A DNA stretch of 64,000 nt from Spirochaetota bacterium. Its GTDB lineage: Bacteria > Spirochaetota > UBA4802 > UBA5550. Within the stretch, counting starts at the first letter, position 1; each line of letters opens with the position of its first letter. The notes beneath the pieces are model-generated. The model saw only the letters and a program-made list of their open reading frames with translations, was not told the origin of the DNA and did no database searches. A program made the position numbers and the translations under genes. Of the stretch, positions 10,174-19,707 are shown piece after piece. Location of the stretch: the NCBI GenBank assembly GCA_963663865.1, contig OY760686.1:544001-608000 (forward strand). The letters run 5' to 3'.

Positions 10174-10870
10174 GGCACTGCGTTTAATCGGGACGGTTTA
10201 GACTGTCCCCTGCCATTGCGCTGTGCGGAGCGCTTTTTTGGCAGGGAGCCTGCCGTCTATTTTCACACTGGGAGTGTGAGATTCTTTTTTTCGTCACTTT
10301 CGTCCGGGCGAAAGTGGTCGACGGCTATTTCGACCTCCTGTCGGCCGTCGACACTTAAGCATCCTGCTTTTCGACCAATGTCTTTTGGCGCCGGAAAGGC
10401 TTGGCTTTTGTTGTTACTCGACTGTTGCAGCGCCGTTATCATCATCCTGATGAAACGGCGCCCGGGCGATTTACTTCCGTGAAAATCGCACTTATTGAAT
10501 TGTTGAGGCAGTAAGCCTATAGTTTCATAATTCTGCCACTGTGTTCCATCCCGCCGATGGGACATCCATGTCCTAAGAATTAGTCACTGTGAATTATTCC
10601 AAAGTGAGATAGCTTTATTATGTCAGGCTCCTTCGGAGCCGGAAAGCGCAGCGTCCTGCTGCGCTTGAGTGATTATGCATTTTGTCATATTACGTTATCA
10701 TATTGATATAACCGTCATTAGGTTCTGGTACCCGGTAGAGCCGGCCAATTTGGACGGCTCTACCTCACCGTGAAACGCAGCATCCCGCGGATGACAAGAT
10801 GAATCGGGAAGCCCAAGGCCGGAACATTGGCGGCAGGTTTTTTTAACCACTTTTTTTATGAAAGAAAAGT
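10174..10870. repeat. Mosaic palindromic repeat cluster, copy 1
   Basis: Modules shared with 12687-12860 and 18634-19346. Segment 10555-10675 matches 18864-18984 at 114/121 nt by manual count. Confidence 0.85.
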
Positions 10871-11080
10871 AGCGAATAATTTCTTTGACAGTAATAGTGA
10901 AATATAGATAGGCAATCGGGATTGCATATCATTTTCTTGTACTGTCGATTATTTTATTATGACCATTATCGAAAAAATGATAAAAAGGCTATCGAAGTAT
11001 TATTCGTGTGAGTCTCAAAGTTGTAAGTGAATAAGCATGTCCTGTGCGTAAAAATAATAGAAAAGGAAAATTTGATAGTA

Positions 11081-11506
11081 ATGACTAAAACGACACCTAT
11101 TATTATCATCATAGCTATTTTCTTAAATGCATGTTCTTTACAAATACATGGAAGTAAATGCGAAAAGCCGAAGATCACAAGAATTGGGAATTATACGAAG
11201 AACAGTAAAAGTAACATCATTCGCCATATTGATGATAGTGAGTACAATAAATACGATATTATAGCTCAATATGAATACAGCAAGATAATCCCTATTAAAT
11301 TATACTTTAACAGGACCTTGATTGATTTTATAAACAGAGAAGTCGAACAGTCAAAAATGGCAGCCCGTAGTCTTGGGGGTGACGCTCTTTACATGCATGG
11401 GTACAAGAAGGAATCTGGTTCAGTATATATCGAGCCAAAGATAGAAAAAGGGAAAATATTCTTTAAATTTGATGTCTTAAAACACAGGTTTATGACTCAT
11501 AAGTAA
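11081..11506 (+). CDS. Hypothetical lipoprotein
   Basis: ATG 11081; lipobox FLNA-C; YbjQ-like AARSLGGDALY segment. Confidence 0.65.
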   Translation: MTKTTPIIIIIAIFLNACSLQIHGSKCEKPKITRIGNYTKNSKSNIIRHIDDSEYNKYDIIAQYEYSKIIPIKLYFNRTLIDFINREVEQSKMAARSLGGDALYMHGYKKESGSVYIEPKIEKGKIFFKFDVLKHRFMTHK

Positions 11507-11540
11507 GTAGAAATTGAGAATTAATATCTAAGAGGACTCA

Positions 11541-12635
11541 ATGAAAAAAGCTGTGTTTTTAATAATAATCTTTCACATATTTTTGGGTTGCGACGGCGGA
11601 CTTTTTGATAATAAGGATGACCGACCTGAAGATATTTCACTGATTGATGGCATGGTAATTGCCGGCAAATTTGTTCCTAAACCTCAATACCCCCAGTTAA
11701 ATGGGGTTACTGCTTATAGTTATAACAACATGTGGACTTTTTCTTATGACGATGAATTCCGTACAAATCCGCGCGTTCTTTGTGCTTCAGCAAATGGTGA
11801 AGATATATATCTTGGCGGGGGCTATGCCAGTGGGCAGAATGGATACTGGAAAAACGGGAACTTTATTGAAATAGATAATGTCCAGTTTGGATTTGTTCGT
11901 GATATTCTTTTCAGCAATACTGTAATGTTCGCTGTGGCAGATGTAGAAAACTGGTATACTCAAATTATACGCAATGCAGGGGTATACCTTTTTTCCTTTC
12001 AGTCCGGGAATGACGAGCTATTAGAAATTAAGAGATGTGGAGAATTGACCGATGCAGGGTGTATTGTATTAAATGGGAAAGACATTCTGGTTGGGGGAAG
12101 GATTGCGGGAGCCCCGGCATACTGGGACAAAGATGAAATCCATAATATGAGCATTACTGACAGAGAGTCAATTTCAGGAATGATTTTGACAATGGCGGTT
12201 TATGAGGATGATGTATATGCCGGGGGCATAGTACTGGATCATGACGACAATCCTCTTTGCGGTTATTGGAAGAATTCTGAATGGGTGCCGCTTGAAACTC
12301 CCGTGGGAGGATATGTACAATCTATTTCTGTTAATGATGATGGCCTGTTCGTTGGGATAAAATACGATTCAAATAAAAAGTCTGGCTATTGGTTTAACGA
12401 TATCTGGTATGATTTGGATGATCCTTATGGAAATTATTTCAGTATGACTTCTATGGCAGTTGATGGCACCGATGTATATGTTTCAGGTTATTCAGCTATA
12501 TGGGACGAAAGCGTTTCAGAAGCCAATGAATGCAGAGGAGGATATTTCAAAAATAGTGAATGGAATGAATTGAGCAGTGAAGTTGCAGGTGAGGAGTATG
12601 AATACTTTTATCCTGCGGAAATAATTGTGAAGTAA
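11541..12635 (+). CDS. Lipoprotein with beta-propeller-like repeats
   Basis: Lipobox FLG-C; repeated D(I/V)Y(L/A/V)xG...GYWKN units. Confidence 0.75.
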   Translation: MKKAVFLIIIFHIFLGCDGGLFDNKDDRPEDISLIDGMVIAGKFVPKPQYPQLNGVTAYSYNNMWTFSYDDEFRTNPRVLCASANGEDIYLGGGYASGQNGYWKNGNFIEIDNVQFGFVRDILFSNTVMFAVADVENWYTQIIRNAGVYLFSFQSGNDELLEIKRCGELTDAGCIVLNGKDILVGGRIAGAPAYWDKDEIHNMSITDRESISGMILTMAVYEDDVYAGGIVLDHDDNPLCGYWKNSEWVPLETPVGGYVQSISVNDDGLFVGIKYDSNKKSGYWFNDIWYDLDDPYGNYFSMTSMAVDGTDVYVSGYSAIWDESVSEANECRGGYFKNSEWNELSSEVAGEEYEYFYPAEIIVK

Positions 12636-12686
12636 ATTCATTTTGCCACTTTTTTGTAGCGCCCAAAAACACGATTGGTTTTTTAC

Positions 12687-12860
12687 GGCAGGGAGCCTGC
12701 ATCCATTTTCACACTGAGAGCGTGGCGCTGCGTTTAATCGGGACGGTCTCGACCGTTCCCCTGTCACTGTTTTCTGTGCAGAGCGCACGGGCATTTCTTT
12801 TGCCACTGCGCTGCGTGACTCGCTTTTCTTTTAGCAGTGAGCCTGTTGTCTATTTTTACG
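12687..12860. repeat. Mosaic repeat cluster, copy 2 (partial)
   Basis: GGCAGGGAGCCTGC..TTTTCACACTG (12687) and CTGCGTTTAATCGGGACGGT modules also occur in copy 1 (10240 and 10174). Confidence 0.8.
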
Positions 12861-13056
12861 CCTCGCTTGAAAAACCTCAGCCATTGCGAGAAAACATAGT
12901 CTTGAATAGTATCGTGTTCTCGTCATTTAGTATTATTGGCTGCTTTGACGCTTACAGTGTAACTGTTTAATTTTAATCTGAGAATACCCTCCCTGTCTTT
13001 CTTCTTATCCCTCGAAAATTATTCAAACGACAAATAATTTATGTAATTTCTTCTAC

Positions 13057-13099
13057 CCTTGTCGGGAAGGACGACAGCCCGGGAAGGGTGTGATATTTT
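13057..13099 (+). promoter_or_regulatory. Putative AraC-activated promoter (box type 1)
   Basis: CCTTGTCGGGAAGGACGACA is 18/20 identical to the box at 29859-29878(-). ACGACA-N17-TATTTT geometry with TG extension. Confidence 0.65.
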
Positions 13100-13201
13100 T
13101 CCTTAAAGTTTAGGTTTTGTGTGAACAGGTGTAAACCCTTTCTGTGGCGCGGTTCGTCGTGATTGATTTTGGCTTATAATTAAGTCGTTGAGGGAGGTTA
13201 T

Positions 13202-14377
13202 ATGCAATCAGCTAATCATCAGATTGATGTCTTTCCGGATGTAGTAGTAAACCCGGCGGGTGCGGTTGTTATTAATAAAGACAACATTGAAACTTCAATA
13301 AGATTTATAGCTAATGATGGAAAAATAAAAGTAATCTCAAAAGTCTTCCCGCGTCTAACAGCTATTACAAAAGAGATCAAAAAATGGCTTAATAATAACA
13401 TGGTAAAAGATGTTGCTGTTCAAGGAGGCGGATGTAGCTGGAAGATGATCTGGAATAGTTTTGAAGATTCATTTAACCTTCATCTTACTCACTTCAATGA
13501 TCAAGTGTCCATGCCAGAAACTCCTCACCAAAAAAAAAGCGAATCTGAAAAAATATCCGAGCTACTTCAGTATGGCTTATTAAAAATAAAATTTATCCCT
13601 GACAGACTTACAAGAGAGTTGCGGGATCTTACAAGAATGCGGGAGGGCTTGATTGAAAGAAAATCAGTGCTGGGATGCAGAATTCAGTCAATTCTGGAAG
13701 AAGTCGGTATAACACCTGCGTCTTTAAGGAGCTATAATAATAGACCAATTTATAGAAAGGCTGGTTGGCATAGTGTAGTTGAAAATCTGATAGAAATTTG
13801 TGATTCCAGTCCTGTTTCAGAGCACAGTAAATACATTTTGGATATTCTTGCATCTGATTATAAGAAGGCTGATAAGAGTATTATGCGGCTTTCAGCCAGG
13901 ATAGCTCTTATGAGTGGAAGATATGAAAAACAGATTTCAGGACTTATGCAAATACCAGGCCTCTCAAGAAGGTACGCAGAGAGGATATTGGCCGAGACAG
14001 GAACTGATTACGATCGTTTTGATTCGCATAAAGCTCTGTTGGCGTGGGGTGGTATGTTTCCCCCACCTGCTCATGGTGATGGGGAAAGAACTATGGGGAA
14101 AAACGGAAAGGAATGGTTTAAACGTGCAATTGCCGATTCCGCCATTGCTGCCGCAAATGCTGCAAACTCAACACTTGCAAGAAAGTATACCATGCTTGAA
14201 TCTGAATATGGTATCAGAAAAGCTATGTCAGTTATTAAGCAGGACGTGGTCTATCTGATTTACAATATTATCAGGGAAGGAAAGAGCTATAGTGAATTAA
14301 GAGACTTTATCGAATTTAGTGAAGATACACATACATTATCAAAACCATATAAAATATGGGATGCCTCAATACCATGA
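13202..14377 (+). CDS. IS110-family transposase-derived protein, catalytic residues apparently lost
   Basis: IS110 scaffold motifs (ELLQYGLL..FIP..RELRDLTR, IPGL...ILAETG.D..RF, LLAWGG) are present, but the GLD, ES/TG, KTD..D and SAG positions are substituted. ORF intact; GGAGG RBS. Confidence 0.8.
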   Translation: MQSANHQIDVFPDVVVNPAGAVVINKDNIETSIRFIANDGKIKVISKVFPRLTAITKEIKKWLNNNMVKDVAVQGGGCSWKMIWNSFEDSFNLHLTHFNDQVSMPETPHQKKSESEKISELLQYGLLKIKFIPDRLTRELRDLTRMREGLIERKSVLGCRIQSILEEVGITPASLRSYNNRPIYRKAGWHSVVENLIEICDSSPVSEHSKYILDILASDYKKADKSIMRLSARIALMSGRYEKQISGLMQIPGLSRRYAERILAETGTDYDRFDSHKALLAWGGMFPPPAHGDGERTMGKNGKEWFKRAIADSAIAAANAANSTLARKYTMLESEYGIRKAMSVIKQDVVYLIYNIIREGKSYSELRDFIEFSEDTHTLSKPYKIWDASIP

Positions 14378-14521
14378 TATCATGAATATAAATTCAGTTT
14401 CAGACAGCGCATTGAGATACAAATTCCCTATGTTCGAGGGTATTTTTCTTAATTTAAACAACAGCGGAGTCTGTGCTGATTATATATATTTTTATTAAAC
14501 TATTTTAGGAGGATTTTTTTG

Positions 14522-16693
14522 ATGAAAAAAATTCTGGTACTTTTAAGTCTCTCCTGCGCCTTTTTCTTTGGCTGCGGGGATGACGGGGACGATTCGAAGA
14601 AAGTGGATGATGACACGTGTGTAAGTGTCTACTGTGATGAATCGGGATTACTCGAACAGCCAGCGATTGGAGTCAGAGACGGAAGCGGGAAAACGGTTAT
14701 TACGGTCGATGGTTACCAGTTTAAGGATTCTAATGGTAACGGAACTCTGGATGCCTACGAGGATTGGAGGCTTTCCGTCTCGGAGAGGGCAGAAGACTTG
14801 GTTGCAAGAATGACGGCTAATGAAAAGGCAGGATTTATAAATGCTCCCAGCGCGAGTGGAATGACAACAACAACAGGATCTCTTAAGAACGATGATGGTA
14901 CCTGGATCGAAACAAATTCAGGATATACATCTATTACGACTCTTTTTAGAAGATTCGGAATGATCACTTTGTCATCCTCGGATCAACCGGCACGGATTGC
15001 AACTTATAATAATAGTTTAAATGAAATCTGTGAAGGAGTATTGCGGGAGGATGGTTCAACTGGACTTGGAATTCCATTTGTCACCTGCACCAATCCGACT
15101 CATGGAACCAACTCTAACTCAACAAGTTTAATTTCTGCCTGGCCGTATGCAATTGGTCTTGGCGCTATTACAGATTCTTCTGTTATTGAAAAATATGCTT
15201 CAACAGTGAGGGCTGAGTTGACGGCGCTGGGAATCCGTTCTTATTACGGACCGCTCGCAGATGTTGCAACCGAGCCAAGGTGGGGCCGACAGAATGAAAC
15301 TTTTGGATCAAGCCCTGAAAGGGTGGCATCTTTTTCAACGATTGTGGTAAGAGCCCTTCAGGGAGGGAATTCTCTCAAGCCGGGAGGCATTGTATGCGCG
15401 ATCAAGCATTTCCCTGGGCATGGAGCTCAGTGGCGGGGTTATGACTCACATTACAAAATGGGTCAATATGTTGTCAACCCAGGAGACAACTTCGATATGC
15501 ATATTGCTCCGTTTGAGAAGGTATTCAGAGAAGTTGCTCCGGCTGCATGTATGCCGTGTTACGCAATTTACCAGGATCAGCCTTTTGAGAAGGTATCTCC
15601 AGGTTACAACGCAGAAATTATGAATGATCTGGGACGCGATCAACTTGGTTTTACTGGTTATTACACTTCAGACTGGGGGATTTTCGGAATGGGTGGAAGC
15701 CTTACTGCACCTCCTAGTACCGCAACTTTTGCAGCATGGGGTGTTGAGGGGTTGAGTTTAGAAGAAAAATTAGGCAAAGCCATGGATGCCGGAATGGATC
15801 AGCTTGGTGGCCATGGAAGTATAATGGATATAATAAGTGCGTTAAGTTACGGTAATCTTTCCGAAGAGACTCTGGACAGGGCGTGTGTCAATATCCTGAA
15901 AGGATATTTCACAATGGGTCTTTTTGAGAATCCCTATGTTGATGTGGATGCCGCTACGGATATTTGTAATACTGCAGAAAGTCAGGCTGCAGGACTGGAT
16001 GCAATGCACAAATCTATTGTTATGGTAAAAAACAGCGCTACGTTGCCGGCAGCATCGGGGATCAGTATTTATTATGACGGTACTGTAGATGGATCGGATG
16101 CAACCCAGGCTACATTTATCAATGAAACGTATGGTGCAACAGTTGAAACTGATATCACACAGGCTGACATTGCTGTAATAAGGATAAACGGACCCACACA
16201 TAGCAGGTACTATCCGAATGAGCCTACATTTTTGGGTTATCTGGGACCAAGCAGTCGTTCTCTGCAGTTTTTAGATGAAGAGCCAGACGTGCAGTATGGT
16301 GGTTCATACACTGTAGATTATACTGATGCTCTTGGTAACGTCCATTATGGAGTTATGTTGTCAACAAACATTGACCAGTATGAGAAAGTTATGAACGCAA
16401 AAAAAGAGATTATTGACGCTGGAGCTTCCACCAAACTTGTCGTGCTTGTTAATGCAGACAGGCCTCTGGTCATGAAAGAGTTTATAGATTACGTGGATGC
16501 CGCTTTTCTGACATTTGGTGCCAGCGATCAGGCTGTTCTGGATATTCTATTCTCAAAAGAGGGCCTTAAGCCTACTGGGGTTCTCCCTTTTGAAATACCC
16601 TCTTCTGATGATCAGGTTGAAGCACAGCTCGAAGACCTTCGAGATGATACATCTAATCCTCTATATAAGGCAGGTTATTCTCTGACTTATTAA
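14522..16693 (+). CDS. GH3 beta-glycosidase lipoprotein
   Basis: Lipobox FFG-C, FKDSNGNGTLDAYEDWRL, EPRWGR, KHFPGHG, nucleophile SDW, GLFENPY. Confidence 0.92.
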   Translation: MKKILVLLSLSCAFFFGCGDDGDDSKKVDDDTCVSVYCDESGLLEQPAIGVRDGSGKTVITVDGYQFKDSNGNGTLDAYEDWRLSVSERAEDLVARMTANEKAGFINAPSASGMTTTTGSLKNDDGTWIETNSGYTSITTLFRRFGMITLSSSDQPARIATYNNSLNEICEGVLREDGSTGLGIPFVTCTNPTHGTNSNSTSLISAWPYAIGLGAITDSSVIEKYASTVRAELTALGIRSYYGPLADVATEPRWGRQNETFGSSPERVASFSTIVVRALQGGNSLKPGGIVCAIKHFPGHGAQWRGYDSHYKMGQYVVNPGDNFDMHIAPFEKVFREVAPAACMPCYAIYQDQPFEKVSPGYNAEIMNDLGRDQLGFTGYYTSDWGIFGMGGSLTAPPSTATFAAWGVEGLSLEEKLGKAMDAGMDQLGGHGSIMDIISALSYGNLSEETLDRACVNILKGYFTMGLFENPYVDVDAATDICNTAESQAAGLDAMHKSIVMVKNSATLPAASGISIYYDGTVDGSDATQATFINETYGATVETDITQADIAVIRINGPTHSRYYPNEPTFLGYLGPSSRSLQFLDEEPDVQYGGSYTVDYTDALGNVHYGVMLSTNIDQYEKVMNAKKEIIDAGASTKLVVLVNADRPLVMKEFIDYVDAAFLTFGASDQAVLDILFSKEGLKPTGVLPFEIPSSDDQVEAQLEDLRDDTSNPLYKAGYSLTY

Positions 16694-16717
16694 GAAAGAC
16701 TATTCTGAAGTATTCCT

Positions 16718-16749
16718 GCTCCCCGGCATTTCCTGTCGGGGAGTGTTTT
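16718..16749 (+). terminator. Intrinsic terminator
   Basis: CTCCCCGGCA-N5-TGTCGGGGAG-TGTTTT after the GH3 stop codon. Confidence 0.7.
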
Positions 16750-16913
16750 AGAAAATATCTGAAACTGCCAGCCAGCAGTTGGCAGTTGTGGATGAGGTAA
16801 GTCTGAGTTTCTGTGTCGATATATTTGCTTTGGGGTTGAATCTGTCATACTTTCTTGATGCCATCGGGTTTCTGAAAAAACTAAAATTCAGCGTTGTGGA
16901 TAAAGTCGAAATA

Positions 16914-18098
16914 ATGATTAAGTATAATATAATTACGATAATAGCAATACTCGGATTTGGTCAGGGAGTATTTCTTGCAATTGTTCTGGCAACATCAAAG
17001 CAGAACCGTCAGTCCAACAGGATACTATCAATTTTTATGTTGATACAAGCCGTTGTTTTAGCTTCAAACTGTGTTTTTTCGCCGGATGTACAGTTGAACC
17101 TGCCGCATCTTTTACGAATCGACTGGCCGCTCTCAATGGCTTTTGGGCCTATTTTTTATTTTTATTATTCCTCCATTCTTGAAAAAAATTTCAAGTTTAA
17201 AGCTTACCATATTCTTCTTTTTATTCCATTTTTTTTATCAGTGCTGTTTCTAATGCCTCTATTTGTGCTGGATGGAGCCGCTAAATCTGATATCCTGCAT
17301 GCATCCTTTAATGGGTTGCCTTTGCATGCCTCGTATTCCAGGAATTTCAAGTATGTAGTTCCGGCGCTTCAGATGCAGATGATTATTTATTGTTGGATAT
17401 GTATTTGCAGGATAATAAAATACAGAAAAGAACTTTATGATTATAAATCAAATATAAGTAAAGAGAGTCTTTCATGGCTTTTATACCTTTCCATAATAAT
17501 GATTGTAACATACATACTCAATTTTATTGGTTTTATAGTAACGATTTATTTTCTTGATAAGTCTCTGAGTTACGTTTATGTCCATGATAGCATTGGTGCC
17601 ATGATAGCCCGTAATATAGCCCCTCTTGAGTTTGCTTTGCTCACATACATGATTGGTTATAAAGCCTTAAAACAGAGTGAACTATCAATAATCAGAGAAT
17701 TCCCGAAGACGCAGAGGAAATATGAGAAGTCATCCTTAACCGATGAAGAGAGCAAATCTATTATGAGTGAACTTTCCACCATCATGACAGAGGAAAAGCC
17801 CTATATGGATTCAAATCTTACAATTATTTCACTCGCGGAAAGACTATCAATTAGCCGTCATCATCTGTCTCAGGTTATAAACAGGGAAATGGGTCAGAAT
17901 TTTTATGAATTTATTAATACCTATCGTATTTATGAAATACAATCACGACTTCTGATTGATATGGGTGGGAGTGAAAATATTCTTGACGTTGCCTTTAAAG
18001 TAGGGTTTGACTCCAAGTCGGCATTCTATAAATACTTCAGGAATATTATGGGTATAACACCCAAACAATATATTGCAGGTAACAAGTTGAACAACTAA
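16914..18098 (+). CDS. Membrane-anchored AraC-family transcriptional regulator
   Basis: About 7 TM helices, then the AraC HTH domain (HHLSQVIN, NFYEFINTYRI, GFDSKSAFY). Start at ATG 16914 is likely. Confidence 0.9.
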   Translation: MIKYNIITIIAILGFGQGVFLAIVLATSKQNRQSNRILSIFMLIQAVVLASNCVFSPDVQLNLPHLLRIDWPLSMAFGPIFYFYYSSILEKNFKFKAYHILLFIPFFLSVLFLMPLFVLDGAAKSDILHASFNGLPLHASYSRNFKYVVPALQMQMIIYCWICICRIIKYRKELYDYKSNISKESLSWLLYLSIIMIVTYILNFIGFIVTIYFLDKSLSYVYVHDSIGAMIARNIAPLEFALLTYMIGYKALKQSELSIIREFPKTQRKYEKSSLTDEESKSIMSELSTIMTEEKPYMDSNLTIISLAERLSISRHHLSQVINREMGQNFYEFINTYRIYEIQSRLLIDMGGSENILDVAFKVGFDSKSAFYKYFRNIMGITPKQYIAGNKLNN

Positions 18099-18149
18099 AC
18101 ATCATAAGCATAATTGCTGATCAAAAGTTATAAAAAAAACCCACAGCAG

Positions 18150-18259
18150 GGGATTTTAAAAGTGTTATCGTTTCTTTCAGCTTTCCTATATCCTTGGACC
18201 TGATCGGGTCAGTTTTTTACGTCTTTTTTGAATTGATTCGACCGGATAATTGTCAGCAT
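18150..18259 (-). pseudogene. yafQ: YafQ/RelE-type toxin remnant
   Basis: ATG overlaps the antitoxin stop (TAATG). MLTIIRSNQFKKDVK is followed by frameshifted pieces LTRSG and KDIGKLKETITLL, then truncation. Confidence 0.7.
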
Positions 18260-18522
18260 TAGATTCCAAGATCGTCGAAAAGATCTTCAACTTTTTCGAA
18301 TTTATTCGAGTTCCTCTTTTTCCTGGAATCATCGATAGCCCTTAAAGTAATCTGATTTGGAAGCTTTACGCTAAAGGGTATTCCCTGGTTTGCAACAATT
18401 TGATGATAATACATATTTATTGCTGTAGAGTGATTGAGACCCAGCTTATCAAGGATCTTTCCAACCTCATCCTTGAGTTCTTTCTCTGTTCTGACGGATA
18501 ACGTTGTATTTGCCTGTGACAT
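18259..18522 (-). CDS. dinJ: RelB/DinJ-family antitoxin
   Basis: SVRTEKELK...LGLNHSTAINMY...GIPF...PNQIT...VEDLFDDL. Confidence 0.88.
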   Translation of the reverse strand: MSQANTTLSVRTEKELKDEVGKILDKLGLNHSTAINMYYHQIVANQGIPFSVKLPNQITLRAIDDSRKKRNSNKFEKVEDLFDDLGI

Positions 18523-18555
18523 GGTATTGCCTTTTTATGTAAAAGTATTTCTTAT

Positions 18556-18584
18556 AATGTAACACATAATAATTACATTGTCAA
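18556..18584 (-). promoter_or_regulatory. TA promoter with overlapping inverted-repeat operator
   Basis: Minus strand TTGACA-N17-TACATT; inverted repeat AATGTAA (18556-62) / TTACATT (18573-79). Confidence 0.65.
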
Positions 18585-18633
18585 TGCATTATATGTTATT
18601 TGTATTTATGTTGTGACATGTTGTCAATGACAA

Positions 18634-19346
18634 GGCGTCTGCCGTCTTTTTTCACGCTGAGAGCGTGGCACCTCTTTTGCCGCTTTTTGACCGGTTTTTT
18701 TGCCGTAGGCTTTAACTCGCTCAGCTGTGCGACTCGTTTTTCTCCTGGCAGGGAGCCTGCCGGCCATTTTCACACTGGGAGTGTGAGACCCTTTTCCGTT
18801 ACTTTCTTTTTTCGTGCCAAAAAAGAAAGTAACCAAAGAAAAAGGGCATGCCTGCGCGGCATGCGATGGGACATCCATGTCCTAAGAATTAGCCACTATG
18901 AATTATTTCAAAGAGTGATAGCTTTATTATGTCAGACTCCTTCGGAGCCGGAATGCGCAGCGTCCTGCTGCGCTTGAGTGATTAAATTATTTATTTCATG
19001 AAGTAACTGATTGTTTTATTCCGCCATTGTGTTTTGCCGACTCATCGCAGTCATACGCGGAAGAAGGGCGAGAATGTCTGAGCCTGCGTAGCAGGCGAGT
19101 TTCGCAGCCCCCGCGGATGACAAGAGGAGGAGGGAAGCCGAAGGCCGGAACATTGGCGGCAGATTTCTTTTGACCACTTTTCTTATAAAAGAAAAGTGGT
19201 GAGAAAACCCTGATGAAACGGCACCCGGACGATTTGCTTCCATGCAAATCGCACTGGTTGAGTCGTTGTTGTAGGGTGCATCCAATGTCTTATCCCGACA
19301 TTTTTTTGCCGACGGCTATTTCGATTTCCTTGCCGCTGTCGGCACT
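18634..19346. repeat. Mosaic palindromic repeat cluster, copy 3
   Basis: Shares modules with copy 1 in a different order; includes hairpin GTTACTTTCTTTTT..AAAAAGAAAGTAAC. Confidence 0.85.
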
Positions 19347-19381
19347 GTGACATCGTGTCAGGCGCCCCTCTTCAAATCTCC

Positions 19382-19409
19382 TTGACACTTAACTGTGTTC
19401 TGATAGTAT
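19382..19409 (+). promoter_or_regulatory. Putative sigma70 promoter
   Basis: TTGACA-N16-TAGTAT with extended TG. Confidence 0.55.
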
Positions 19410-19442
19410 CTCTTTTAGCATTAAGGATACAGGGAGAAAACA

Positions 19443-19706
19443 TTGGGCGTTAACGAACTGAGAGCACTCATCTTTAAAGCCGTTGAGCAGCTGAATATGT
19501 ATGAGCTTTCGCCGACCGGGCAGAAGCTTGTAGCGCATTACTTCAACAGTTCCAGTGCGGAGACTACCTACCAGAGGGCGCTTGACGCAATTGAACGTTA
19601 CATCCCGGAGAGGCTCCCTTCTCCCGAAAGGCCCGCCTCCGCGCGGATTGAAGCTTTGCTTGCCGAACTCAAACGGGAAGCTGACAATATTGATTCTGAA
19701 GGATAG
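19443..19706 (+). CDS. Small hypothetical protein
   Basis: TTG start with GGGAG RBS; stop codon 1 nt before the next ATG. Confidence 0.6.
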   Translation: MGVNELRALIFKAVEQLNMYELSPTGQKLVAHYFNSSSAETTYQRALDAIERYIPERLPSPERPASARIEALLAELKREADNIDSEG

Positions 19707-19707
19707 T

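Noticed and set aside
10446-10492. Possible hammerhead ribozyme (CTGATGA...GAAA)
   Set aside because: Stem II is out of register by one base. The second copy (19209) has GCAA instead of GAAA, within a different hairpin (CGATTTGC/GCAAATCG).
10216-10565. Short ORFs inside the repeat clusters (also 12722..12970 and 18600..19285)
   Set aside because: They lie in palindromic repeats, lack RBSs, and their frames are not conserved between copies.
13530-13538. Homopolymer tracts as phase-variation switches (A9 here, G8 near 56099)
   Set aside because: The tracts are short, A-runs are common in this AT-rich DNA, both ORFs are in frame, and there is no read-level evidence.
13202-14377. Active IS110 insertion sequence (also 55864..57003)
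   Set aside because: Catalytic residues appear substituted, the two copies share no evident nucleotide identity, and no element ends were recognised.
10174-19346. CRISPR or TIGR-like array
   Set aside because: The repeats are dispersed, of unequal length and reordered. There is no regular repeat-spacer period and no cas gene.
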